A stretch of DNA of 64,000 nt, taken from contig JAGVUR010000156.1 in assembly GCA_019136135.1 (NCBI GenBank), positions 533 to 64,532 on the forward strand. The letters are read 5' to 3'. Under the pieces are notes generated by a model. The model worked only from the letters and a program-made list of their open reading frames with translations, did not search any database and was not told the DNA's origin. This document shows, piece after piece, positions 17,175-26,203 of this stretch. Each line of letters begins with the position of its first letter. Within the stretch, counting starts at the first letter, position 1. The position numbers and the translations under genes were made by a program. The DNA is from Verrucomicrobiota bacterium (GTDB taxonomy: Bacteria; Verrucomicrobiota; Lentisphaeria; Oligosphaerales; Oligosphaeraceae).

Positions 17175-20114
17175 ATGCGCATTTTAAATGTTTGCCTTGC
17201 CGCTTCGCTGTGCTTGTCCGTCCGTGGAAATATGCGTAATATCGCCATATTAGGAGGAGGTCAAGCGGCGATAAGCGTTGCCGAAACAGTTCAGAAACTT
17301 GGGTGGAAAGCCTATGTTATTGCGCCCGAGAACCATTTGGGCGGTGCATTGGCTTCATCCAACCATTGCTGGATCCTAAATGGAACGACGGGTGAATCCC
17401 TCATGCGTCCCATTGGGGCACTCCAGAAGGAACTGTACGCAAGGGCGATGGATTGCGGGGCGAATCCGTTGCCCCTTTCTCATTGCGCAGGCTTTCTGGT
17501 TGCGGACAAGACGGTCAAGGCGGTCGCCGTCGCCAACAAGTTCGGGGTTTTCCTGCTGCCTGTTGCCGCAGTCATCGACGCTTCGCACGAGCAAATCGCC
17601 GCGAACCATATTTCTGGGTGCTTGAAGGCGGAACCCGTGATTGTCGAGTACAACTTTGAGATAGTCCGAGCGCATGCGTTCACTGGGAATTCCTGGGTTT
17701 TGCCGTCTGCCCATGTTGAGATTCATCGGACGCTTCGGGACGGGAATCTTTGCGTGTCATTCAGGGAAAATCGTGTTTTGGATGAAACGGACTGGTTGTC
17801 TTCATCCCGCATGCAGATGGATTTGCGTCGCAAGGCTGTTGACCTGGTCTCTGAAATCCGAAAGACGGTTCCTGGCTTGCAAGATGCTCAATTGGCGCGG
17901 ATAGCGGCACCTAGGATTATCGCGTCCGAGCGGGAATGCAACAATGCATTCGGGAATCTGCTCCGCGTCAAGGGGACATTTCCCGAACGGCCGACGACTC
18001 ATGACGTCAGGATCATCGAACGCAATGCCGAGGAGCAAACCAGGGACTTTGTCAAAAACCTCAAGACGTTAAAGCCGGACTACCAAGGGGAATTGCTTAG
18101 CACAGGGCAAAAGTTGGCTTTCGCCCTGTCGGATTGGCAAGATCCCGATGTGGAAGGATTGCCCTTGGCTCGCATCGAGATCACGCCTGCGAGCGAGGTT
18201 CGCTACGATGCGGCAGTCATCGGCGGGGGAACAGGCGGCAGCTCCGCGATGTCCGCCTTGGCAAGCCAGAAGATTCAGGCGATAACCGTTGACATGCTAC
18301 CATTTCTTGGCGGGACAACGACGGCAGGCGGCGTGTCCGGCGCTTGGCACGGCTACACGAAAGGCGCCTATGAAGACTACACGAAAGGCCGCAATGCATT
18401 GGTGCGGGCGGAATCGCTGTCGTCTTTCTGCGCGTCAATCCGGCATTGGGACAAAATCCTCCTGGATCCCGAGAACCGCCAGGACTTCGCTGGATCAACC
18501 GTCGCCTGCGGAACAGCGAAGGAGCAGGATCGGGTCACCGGGGTTCTGCTCTATTCGAACTCGGGCTTCAAGCGCTTGGTGGCCAAAATCTACCTCGATA
18601 TGACCGGCGAGGCGACGCTCTGTGACCAGGCTGGAATCAAAACCGAGCTCGGAGACCCGGATACTGGATGGATCCAAAGCTCAAGCTGCTGGGGACTTGA
18701 ATATTGGACGACGTCCAACTTCCAGCAAAACCACTTTGCAAATGACTTGGATGTGGTTGATCCGACTTGCTACAAGGACGTGATCCGGGGAATTGGATTG
18801 GCGCACCGAAAGAACAGCGACTACCATATCGCTCAAATCTATACGCAACGGGAAGCAAGGCGAATCATCGGCGAGCATTACCTTAACGTCAAGGATATCC
18901 TTACGCGGAAGTTCCATGACGACGCGATCGCGGTCTCCTCCTGCCTGTTCGATACACATGGTCGGCTAAGTACTGAAATCCCCCTGCGCTGCATCACGAA
19001 GGATGCCTACGATCCCGAGGACAAGGAGATTCGCGTCCTCATCCCGGTCGGTACCTTCATTCCGAAGGGACTAGCCAATGTCTTGGTTGGAGCCAAGGCC
19101 ATTTCGGGCGAACGGGACGCGACGACTCTTTGTCGGATGAATCCAGAGATCACCAATGCGGGATTTTCCCTTGGGTTTCTGGCGTCGCAATTCATTACAC
19201 GAAAACTGGGAAATACACGTGACGCCGATATCCAGGCGCTTCGGCAGCAACTTATCCAGCGGAAGATTCTTCCGTCTTGGGCGGAAAAGCCCTCGGTCCC
19301 GGAATGGACTTTGGAATTCGCCGTCGAACGCCTTAGCGAACCCGATGGTTTCCTGCCTGCCTTGCTGATGCCCAAAGAGCAAATCGTACCGAAGCTCAAG
19401 GAATTGTACCAGCAAAAGCAGACGCGTCAGGTCGCCTATGTTCTGGCGTATTTCGGCGAACCCGATGGCCAAAAGCTGCTTTTGAAGGAGTTGAAGCAGC
19501 AGATGGCGATTGACATGCACGAGGTTCGGGATTCGGGGGTGGGCGAGTTTACGGTTGTCGACGTCAAGGGCGAGACATTCACGTCAGACAAGCGCAGCAA
19601 CTACGGCGTCCCGGTATTTGGCGAGTTGAAGCCAGGCAAGGCGTACGGCATGGTCAATCGGATCGTTGGTTTTCTCGCCCATCTTGACTCGGAGGAATCG
19701 CTTGAGCCGGTCCTCCAGTTGACCGAGCGTGCTTGGGCAGGAGGCACGGACCTCAATACGGGAAATACCCCGTACGCCATCGCACGAACCGATGGTACGA
19801 CGACGTACTTCCATGGCAGGCTGTGGACAATCGCAACATTCTTCAATGAGCGCCCGACGCCCAAGGCCATCAAGCCCCTGACTGAGCTCCTGAACAAGAA
19901 ATTCGTTGGCGGCAATATTGTCAACGAGTATTGGTCTGACGTTCCCCCGCTTCAGATGACCTACTTGGAGGTGATGCTCGCGCAGGCTTTGCACCGTTGC
20001 GGAGGCGAACAGGGAACGCAACGGCTCCAGGCATTCACCAATGACTCCAGGGCAATCTTCAGGAATATGGCGAAAGCCGCACTGAAGAATCAACCTAAGA
20101 ATCTTGCAAAGTAA
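17175..20114 (+). CDS. secreted FAD-dependent oxidoreductase family protein with two Rossmann-type dinucleotide motifs
   Basis: Signal-like MRILNVCLAASLCLSVRG; IAILGGGQAAISVAE and AAVIGGGTGGSSAMSALA (GxGxxG, twice). GGAGG RBS at 17166-17170. Confidence 0.7.
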   Translation: MRILNVCLAASLCLSVRGNMRNIAILGGGQAAISVAETVQKLGWKAYVIAPENHLGGALASSNHCWILNGTTGESLMRPIGALQKELYARAMDCGANPLPLSHCAGFLVADKTVKAVAVANKFGVFLLPVAAVIDASHEQIAANHISGCLKAEPVIVEYNFEIVRAHAFTGNSWVLPSAHVEIHRTLRDGNLCVSFRENRVLDETDWLSSSRMQMDLRRKAVDLVSEIRKTVPGLQDAQLARIAAPRIIASERECNNAFGNLLRVKGTFPERPTTHDVRIIERNAEEQTRDFVKNLKTLKPDYQGELLSTGQKLAFALSDWQDPDVEGLPLARIEITPASEVRYDAAVIGGGTGGSSAMSALASQKIQAITVDMLPFLGGTTTAGGVSGAWHGYTKGAYEDYTKGRNALVRAESLSSFCASIRHWDKILLDPENRQDFAGSTVACGTAKEQDRVTGVLLYSNSGFKRLVAKIYLDMTGEATLCDQAGIKTELGDPDTGWIQSSSCWGLEYWTTSNFQQNHFANDLDVVDPTCYKDVIRGIGLAHRKNSDYHIAQIYTQREARRIIGEHYLNVKDILTRKFHDDAIAVSSCLFDTHGRLSTEIPLRCITKDAYDPEDKEIRVLIPVGTFIPKGLANVLVGAKAISGERDATTLCRMNPEITNAGFSLGFLASQFITRKLGNTRDADIQALRQQLIQRKILPSWAEKPSVPEWTLEFAVERLSEPDGFLPALLMPKEQIVPKLKELYQQKQTRQVAYVLAYFGEPDGQKLLLKELKQQMAIDMHEVRDSGVGEFTVVDVKGETFTSDKRSNYGVPVFGELKPGKAYGMVNRIVGFLAHLDSEESLEPVLQLTERAWAGGTDLNTGNTPYAIARTDGTTTYFHGRLWTIATFFNERPTPKAIKPLTELLNKKFVGGNIVNEYWSDVPPLQMTYLEVMLAQALHRCGGEQGTQRLQAFTNDSRAIFRNMAKAALKNQPKNLAK

Positions 20115-20133
20115 AAACAGCTTGGTTTAAACC

Positions 20134-20539
20134 TAAAAAAGCAGTTGAAGCTGGATTCAGTTCCTAATTGACTGATTATCAAACAGTTAAAAATTTTGTT
20201 CGTTTCACCATGCTGGTGATTTTAAGTGCGTCTGTTGCGCCTTTACAAGGTGCCCGGCAAGGGGGCATCCTGTCCCCGGGCTGAAGCCCGGGGTTAAGCA
20301 TGGTCATGCGCCTACGGCGCAAAGTCTTAGGCGCGGACCAGCCGTCCGCAATCCACGCGGGTGGGACACGGACCAGACACGGACGATAATTCGGACTTGT
20401 CAGAAGGATTTACATAATGCATTGCACCGTAGGTGCTTAACTATGCTTAACCCCAGACTTTAGTCTGGGGAGAGAAAACCACCCGAAGACCGTGCCTTGT
20501 AAAGGCATTACAATCATAAGGTGTTAACTGCTTTTTTTA
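20134..20539. mobile_element. MITE-like element (copy E2) carrying a nested palindromic insertion
   Basis: Ends are TAAAAAAGCAGTTGA (20134-20148) and TTAACTGCTTTTTTTA (20524-20539). It is flanked by GGTTTAAACC at 20124-20133 and 20540-20549. The left roughly 160 bp is colinear with E1. The inner element 20294-20450 has arms of about 27 bp starting TTAAGCAT. Confidence 0.75.
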
Positions 20540-20549
20540 GGTTTAAACC

Positions 20550-20599
20550 TAAAAAAAGCAATTGACGCCATGGCAAAATGACTGTCATGGCGTTTTTTT
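20550..20599. terminator. bidirectional intrinsic terminator
   Basis: An A-run (8 A, 20550-20557), then stem ACGCCATG (20565-20572) / CATGGCGT (20586-20593), then T7 (20593-20599). Confidence 0.7.
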
Positions 20600-20652
20600 G
20601 GGGGGGCGGAATGGGGCGGACGAATTTGCCCTGAACAGGACAAGACGGTTTC

Positions 20653-20681
20653 AGGTACGGGCACCCGGGGTGCTCGTACTC
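20653..20681 (+). repeat. REP-like palindrome GTACGGGCACC-N-GGTGCTCGTAC (copy 1)
   Basis: AGGTACGGGCACCCGGGGTGCTCGTACTC. Near-identical copies are at 47530-47558 and 47648-47676, a perfect version at 34904-34942, and an inverted version at 38827-38855. Confidence 0.8.
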
Positions 20682-20725
20682 AAACGGTGTCGCCGGTCAA
20701 GGGGCTGAAAATGGCGCATTTCTGG

Positions 20726-23308
20726 TCAGACAGGTCGGACAGGTCGGACAGGTCGGACAGGTCGGACAGGTCGGACAGGTCGGACAGGTCGGACAGGTCG
20801 GACAGGTCGGACAGGTCGGACAGGTTGTTTCTGTGCGAGGCTTGATTCGATCGCATTTCGAACCCGGTCTGTGATCGTGCGATAGTCGTCTTCTTCGAGA
20901 GGAATAATTGGCTCGAGGAAGGTGACAGTGATCTCCTGGCGAAGCTTGGGGAAGAGCTTTTTCCTTGGGAGTGCGTCGTAGGCGCCGTCGATTGCGACGG
21001 GTACGATCGGTACGTTGAGTTCCTTTGACAGGATAGCGAATGTTCTCTTGAATGATCCTAGGGAGCCGTCGAGTGTTCGTGTCCCTTCAGGGAAGAGGAT
21101 GATCTTGTGTCCCTTTGCGAGTACGGATGCGAGTTTTTGAAGTGAGAGCTTGAGGTTGTCGTTGATGTCCATGACGATGACATTGTGTCGATCGGCGAAG
21201 GCTTTTCCGTACCAGCTTTTCATGTGGTCGGCTTTTGCGTAGAAGAAGGTGTTTTTTAGGTTGTTGCCACGCAGGAATGCTGCGAGCAGCGGCGCGTCAA
21301 GGAAGCTTTGGTGGTTTGGCGCGATGATGCATGGTCCTTCTGGAATGTTCTCGGTTCCCGTTCCCTTGAACTTGAAGGCGATGTGGAGGAAGCATCTTGA
21401 AATCGCGTTGATCAGGTTATGTGCGAACCAACTTCTCGGAAGTTTGAGCTTGACGTTTTCCTTGAGGACCTGGGACCATTTGAAGCTCAGGTTTTCCCGG
21501 GCGACTCCTTTTTGCGATATCGACGTGATGGCGAGGGCAAGCTTTTCGGGGGTTGGGTTGTCAGCAATCGTTTGGTCTTGGATTTCAATGTTAAAGGTTT
21601 CGTTGATGAAAACCGCGAGCGCGACTTTCCCGAGCGAGTCCATGCCGAGGTCGATTTCCAGGTGGTCGTCGGGATGGAGGGCTACCTTCAGTGTGCTTTC
21701 CAGGTATTGCTTGATCGCCTTGTATTCTTGCGAATCCGGGTCTTCCTTTGGGGGATGGATTCGATGCTGCTTGATTGACGCAAGCAGTTCGAGTTCGTAT
21801 CTCTTGAGTTTTCCGATTCTGGTCCTCGGGAGCGGTTCGGACAGCAGGGAGAATTTTAGGATCCTGTTGTAGCTTGACGACTGTTCATTGTAGGGTGCGA
21901 TGACCTTTTGGCGGATGGTTTCCTCGATGTTGAGGATGCCTTGGCCTTCGAGTTTCTTGACATTGGGCAGGATCAAGGCATGCAAGGCATCCTCGGTGCC
22001 TATGACACCGACCTCGGCGATGATGTCGCCTGCCAGGTTCATCAGCTTTTGCTCGACGGTTTCGGGGTTGATGTTCTTTCCGTTGGGGAGGACGATGATT
22101 TCCTTTTTTCGACCTGTGATGAAGATGTAGTCATCATCGTCCACATAGCCCAGGTCTCCGGTATGGAGCCAGCCATCCTTCATGATTTCGCTTGTTTCCT
22201 CGGGCTTGTTGTAGTATCCGATCATCACATTGTCGCCGCGAACCGTGATTTCTCCGTCTTGGATGCGTACTTCGCAACCTGGGAGGAGCTGTCCCGCCGA
22301 GCCGTGCCTGGGCTTTCCGGGTCTTGTGAACGAGATCATCGGCGCTGTTTCGGTCATTCCGTAGCCGTTCAGGATCTCGAATCCGAGGGTTCTGAAGTCC
22401 AGGATTACTTGCTTGTCCAAGGCGGCGCCGCCACAAGGCATGTACCGGATCGAACCACCGAACTTGTTCTGGACAGACTTGAAGACTATCCTGGAAAAGG
22501 CAAGAGAATTGACTTTGGAGCAGAGCCAGAAGAGGCTTTTGGCAATGGAGCTTTGCCGGATCTTGCCCATGATGCCGTCCCGTAGAAGGGTATAGAGCCT
22601 GGGGACGCCGATGATCATCGTGATCTGGTACTGGGCGAGCGTGCCCAGGATGTCGGCTGCCGCCATTGAAGGCGCGAATACTGCTGTTGCCCCGATGGTC
22701 AAAGGCATGACGAGGGTGCCCTGGAGCGGGAGGACGTGATGGAGCGGGAGGAGGACCAGGAGCCTGTCGTCAGGTTGGTAGATCGGGACTTTTTTCGAGA
22801 CGGAGACGAGATTGGCGTAAAGGTTCTTGAAGGTTAGCATCACGCCTTTTGGGCTGCCGGTAGTTCCCGAGGTGTAGATGATCAGTGCGGTATCGTTGTC
22901 GGGATTGTCGGCGAACTCGTTGTCTAGGTCAGGCGATTCGGGAATGACTTCATCGGCATTGACCATGCAACTTGGCTTCCAGCTGGTGGCTTCCAGCGCC
23001 TTTTTGAGGTTTTGCTCCGTGGTGTTTGTGTAGAGGATTGCGGTGGGTTTCGCATCGTCCAGGATATAGGCGACTTCATCCGGGCTGGAGAGCGCGTCAA
23101 TGGGAATTGCGATCGCATGGGCGTGCCAGGTGCCGTAGAGAGCATACACCCATTCGAGACGGTTTTCAGCGAATATGGCGACCCTTTCCCCAGGCTGGCA
23201 GCGGAGTATCCGGGAGTAGCGGATGGCATGGGCGATGAGGGTATGGTAGTCGATACGCTGATCCTTGTAGATCAAGGCGATTTTGGAAGAAGGTTGGAGG
23301 AATCGCAT
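20726..23308 (-). CDS. fusion protein: acyl-CoA/acyl-ACP synthetase (AMP-binding) + carrier-protein domain + PlsC-type acyltransferase, with a C-terminal (PVR)10 tail
   Basis: IIYTSGTTGSPKGV (AMP-binding P-loop), GWLHTGDLG, DLGMDSLG (Ppant Ser motif), APNHQSFLDAP (HX4D acyltransferase), FPEGTRT, then PVRPVR...PV. Confidence 0.85.
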   Translation of the reverse strand: MRFLQPSSKIALIYKDQRIDYHTLIAHAIRYSRILRCQPGERVAIFAENRLEWVYALYGTWHAHAIAIPIDALSSPDEVAYILDDAKPTAILYTNTTEQNLKKALEATSWKPSCMVNADEVIPESPDLDNEFADNPDNDTALIIYTSGTTGSPKGVMLTFKNLYANLVSVSKKVPIYQPDDRLLVLLPLHHVLPLQGTLVMPLTIGATAVFAPSMAAADILGTLAQYQITMIIGVPRLYTLLRDGIMGKIRQSSIAKSLFWLCSKVNSLAFSRIVFKSVQNKFGGSIRYMPCGGAALDKQVILDFRTLGFEILNGYGMTETAPMISFTRPGKPRHGSAGQLLPGCEVRIQDGEITVRGDNVMIGYYNKPEETSEIMKDGWLHTGDLGYVDDDDYIFITGRKKEIIVLPNGKNINPETVEQKLMNLAGDIIAEVGVIGTEDALHALILPNVKKLEGQGILNIEETIRQKVIAPYNEQSSSYNRILKFSLLSEPLPRTRIGKLKRYELELLASIKQHRIHPPKEDPDSQEYKAIKQYLESTLKVALHPDDHLEIDLGMDSLGKVALAVFINETFNIEIQDQTIADNPTPEKLALAITSISQKGVARENLSFKWSQVLKENVKLKLPRSWFAHNLINAISRCFLHIAFKFKGTGTENIPEGPCIIAPNHQSFLDAPLLAAFLRGNNLKNTFFYAKADHMKSWYGKAFADRHNVIVMDINDNLKLSLQKLASVLAKGHKIILFPEGTRTLDGSLGSFKRTFAILSKELNVPIVPVAIDGAYDALPRKKLFPKLRQEITVTFLEPIIPLEEDDYRTITDRVRNAIESSLAQKQPVRPVRPVRPVRPVRPVRPVRPVRPVRPVRPV
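20729..20824. repeat. 9-bp tandem repeat (GACAGGTCG), about 10.7 units
   Basis: Read directly: perfect in-frame units that encode (PVR)10PV on the minus strand and end at the TGA stop (20726-20728). Confidence 0.95.
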
Positions 23309-23492
23309 TATGTCGTCATGGGCAAAGGTTTGGGTTTCAAGGTCGATTTGCCACTATGGCGGAAACCGTAAAAAGGTAATAATATAGTTTTTGTCTTTTG
23401 TATGTCCACTAAAGGTGGTTTATATTATAAATTTCCTTAAGTAGGCAAGTGCATTGATTTTTGTTCAGAAGTTTTTGAATTTTTAGGGATTA

Positions 23493-25571
23493 ATGATGAG
23501 CGAATCACCTCCGTCGACAGTTTCGAGTGATTTCATTCGCGATATCGTGAATGCTGACATTGCGAGTGGCAAGTACAAGATAGGCGAGATCCGGACCCGT
23601 TTTCCTCCGGAACCCAACGGATATCTTCACATTGGTCATGCGAAGGCTTTGTGGATTGACTTTGGCGTTGCCCGTGACTATCAAGGCAAGACATTGTTGC
23701 GCATGGACGACACGAATCCTTTGAAGGAGGATGTCGAGTACGTCGATGCGATCAAGGAGGACATTCGCTGGCTTGGTTTCGAGTGGGACGGCGAGGTCCG
23801 TTATGCGTCTGACTACTTCGAGTGGATGTACGATCTGGCCGAGTTGATGATTGAGAAGGGCTTGGCATACGTTGACGACCAGACTGCGGAAGAGATACGC
23901 ATCAATCGCGGGACCTTGACCGAGCCCGGCACGGAGAGTCCGTGGCGCAACCGTAGCGTTGAGGAGAACTTGGACTTGTTCCGACGAATGCGCGCAGGCG
24001 AATTTCGCGATGGCGAGAGAGTCCTTCGTGCGAAGATTGACATGACTCATCCGAACATGAATTTCCGCGATCCGGTCATGTATAGGATTTTGCATGCCCA
24101 CCATCACCGCACAGGTGACAAGTGGTGCATCTATCCGATGTACGATTGGGCACATGGCTTGGAAGACTCGTACGAGGGCATCACGCATTCGCTGTGCACG
24201 TTGGAATTTGAGATCCATCGTCCGCTTTACGAGTGGTTTTTGGAACAGCTTCCCGTCCACCGTCCGCAGCAGATTGAATTTTCGCGTTTGAATCTGACTT
24301 ATACGGTGATGAGCAAGCGCAAGCTGCTGCGCCTTGTCCAGGAAAATCACGTCAATGGCTGGGACGATCCCCGGATGCCGACGATTTGCGGGCTGCGTCG
24401 TCGCGGCTACACGGCATCCTCTATCTTGGATTTCCTCAGCCGCTGCGGCGTGACGAAGTTCAACGCGATAACGGACATTGCCCTGTTGGAGAACAGCCTT
24501 CGTGAAGAATTGAACAAGAGCGCCAGCAGGTACATGGGCGTCTTGAATCCCTTGAAGGTCGTCTTGACGAACTATCCGGAGGGACAGATCGAGATGCTGG
24601 AAGCGGTCAACAACCCGGAGGATGACAGTGCGGGAACGCGCCAGCTTCCGTTTGGACGTGAATTGTACATCGATCGCGACGACTTCAGGGAGGTTCCTCC
24701 GCCAAAGTACTTCCGTCTTGCACCTGGAAGCGAAGTCCGGTTGCGCTGGGGCTATTTCATCAAATGCGAAGAGGTCATCAAGGATGCCTCGGGCGAAATC
24801 GTTGAACTGCGCTGCACCTACGATCCTGCCACCCGTGGCGGAATGGCGCCTGACGGCAGGAAGGTGAGGGGAACGATCCACTGGGTCGAGGCAACCAACG
24901 CGATCGATGCCGAGATCCGGCAGTACGACAGGCTGTTTTTGAAGGAGAATCCCGATGATGTGGAGGAGGGCAAAGATTTCCTGTCCAACCTGAATCCGTC
25001 CTCGTTGACGATCCTTACCGAATGCAAGGTCGAACCTGCCTTGGCTGGTCTTAAGCCCGAGGATCGTTTCCAATTGGAGCGCATTGGGTATTTCTGCGCC
25101 GACCGTTACGATTACCGGAGCGACAAGCCGGTGTTCAACTTGACGGTCAATTTGAAGGATACCTGGTCGAAGATCGAGAAGGCGCATGCTCCTGCTTCGG
25201 CGAAGAAGGAGCCACCGAAAGCGGCTGACGAGAAGAAGCCCGAAGGAGTTGAGTTTATCGGGATCGAGGATTTCGGGAAGTTGCAGCTGAAGGTCGCCAA
25301 GGTGATTTCGGCGGAGCGTGTCGAGGGTGCGAACAAGCTGTTGAAGCTTCAGGTGGATTGCGGTGACGTTCGGCAGATCGTTGCCGGCGTGGCCGAGGTG
25401 TATTCGCCTGAGGACATGGTCGGGAAACTGATCATCATGGTGACGAACCTCCAGCCTGCGACGATACGCGGGATCGAGTCCAACGGAATGTTGCTTGCGG
25501 CGAAGCGCAAGGGTGAACTTCGGTTGTTGACGGTTGACGGGGAAATCGCTCCCGGTGCGAGCGTCGGATGA
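23493..25571 (+). CDS. glnS: glutaminyl-tRNA synthetase with a C-terminal Trbp111/MetRS-C-type tRNA-binding domain
   Basis: [20 protein letters not shown] (HIGH), VMSKRKL (KMSKS-like), close colinearity with E. coli GlnRS. A K/E/P/A linker is followed by [31 protein letters not shown]...ESNGMLLAA. Confidence 0.92.
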   Translation: MMSESPPSTVSSDFIRDIVNADIASGKYKIGEIRTRFPPEPNGYLHIGHAKALWIDFGVARDYQGKTLLRMDDTNPLKEDVEYVDAIKEDIRWLGFEWDGEVRYASDYFEWMYDLAELMIEKGLAYVDDQTAEEIRINRGTLTEPGTESPWRNRSVEENLDLFRRMRAGEFRDGERVLRAKIDMTHPNMNFRDPVMYRILHAHHHRTGDKWCIYPMYDWAHGLEDSYEGITHSLCTLEFEIHRPLYEWFLEQLPVHRPQQIEFSRLNLTYTVMSKRKLLRLVQENHVNGWDDPRMPTICGLRRRGYTASSILDFLSRCGVTKFNAITDIALLENSLREELNKSASRYMGVLNPLKVVLTNYPEGQIEMLEAVNNPEDDSAGTRQLPFGRELYIDRDDFREVPPPKYFRLAPGSEVRLRWGYFIKCEEVIKDASGEIVELRCTYDPATRGGMAPDGRKVRGTIHWVEATNAIDAEIRQYDRLFLKENPDDVEEGKDFLSNLNPSSLTILTECKVEPALAGLKPEDRFQLERIGYFCADRYDYRSDKPVFNLTVNLKDTWSKIEKAHAPASAKKEPPKAADEKKPEGVEFIGIEDFGKLQLKVAKVISAERVEGANKLLKLQVDCGDVRQIVAGVAEVYSPEDMVGKLIIMVTNLQPATIRGIESNGMLLAAKRKGELRLLTVDGEIAPGASVG

Positions 25572-25578
25572 GGTTGCG

Positions 25579-26181
25579 ATGATGCGATACGAGCTTATAC
25601 CTGTTGGGATCTTGCAGACCAATTGCTATCTGGCCTGGTCTTCCAAGAGTTCGTCCTGCTTGGTCATCGATCCCGGCGGATCCTTTGAGTTGATCGAGAG
25701 CAGGCTTGGCAAGTTGAACTTGAAGCCTGTCGGAGTGTTGTTGACCCACGGTCACGTCGACCACATTGGCGCCGTTGGCGAGCTATCGTCGAAGTACGGG
25801 ATCCCAGTTTGGATTCATGAGGGCGACCGAGGTTTGTACTTGGATCCCAGAAATGCGATTTTGCCTTGGGTTCCTGCGGCAGAGGGGTTGCCCGAGCCGG
25901 TGCAGGAACTTCCCAAGGTGGAAGGACTTTCTTACGAGGTCATCCACACGCCAGGACATACGCCGGGTGGCGTGTGCTTCTACTTCGCGGAGCACGGAGT
26001 CCTGTTTTCGGGAGATACGCTCTTCCAGGGGACGCACGGAAGGACGGACTTCCCCGGAGGAAGCTACGCGACATTGATGAAGTCCATCAAGGAAAAACTG
26101 CTTTCGCTTCCAAAAAATGTCGTCGTCTTGCCTGGACATCAGGAGGCGACGACCATCGGGGACGAACAAGATAACTACTGA
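25579..26181 (+). CDS. MBL-fold metallo-hydrolase (glyoxalase II-like)
   Basis: LLTHGHVDHIGA...HTPGHTPG...GDTLF...GRTDFPGG. Confidence 0.85.
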   Translation: MMRYELIPVGILQTNCYLAWSSKSSSCLVIDPGGSFELIESRLGKLNLKPVGVLLTHGHVDHIGAVGELSSKYGIPVWIHEGDRGLYLDPRNAILPWVPAAEGLPEPVQELPKVEGLSYEVIHTPGHTPGGVCFYFAEHGVLFSGDTLFQGTHGRTDFPGGSYATLMKSIKEKLLSLPKNVVVLPGHQEATTIGDEQDNY

Positions 26182-26203
26182 CACGAGACAAGGAAGACCA
26201 ATT

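Noticed and set aside
20729-20824. Possible CRISPR array (also considered for 54514-54581 and for the 76-bp repeats at 47415 and 50523)
   Set aside because: The 9-bp and 7-bp units are contiguous with no spacers. The 76-bp repeats occur only twice, 3 kb apart, with genes between them. No cas genes are in the window.
23505-25622. 705-aa minus-strand ORF
   Set aside because: It is exactly antisense to glnS, whose product is unmistakable. This is the typical GC-biased antisense open frame.
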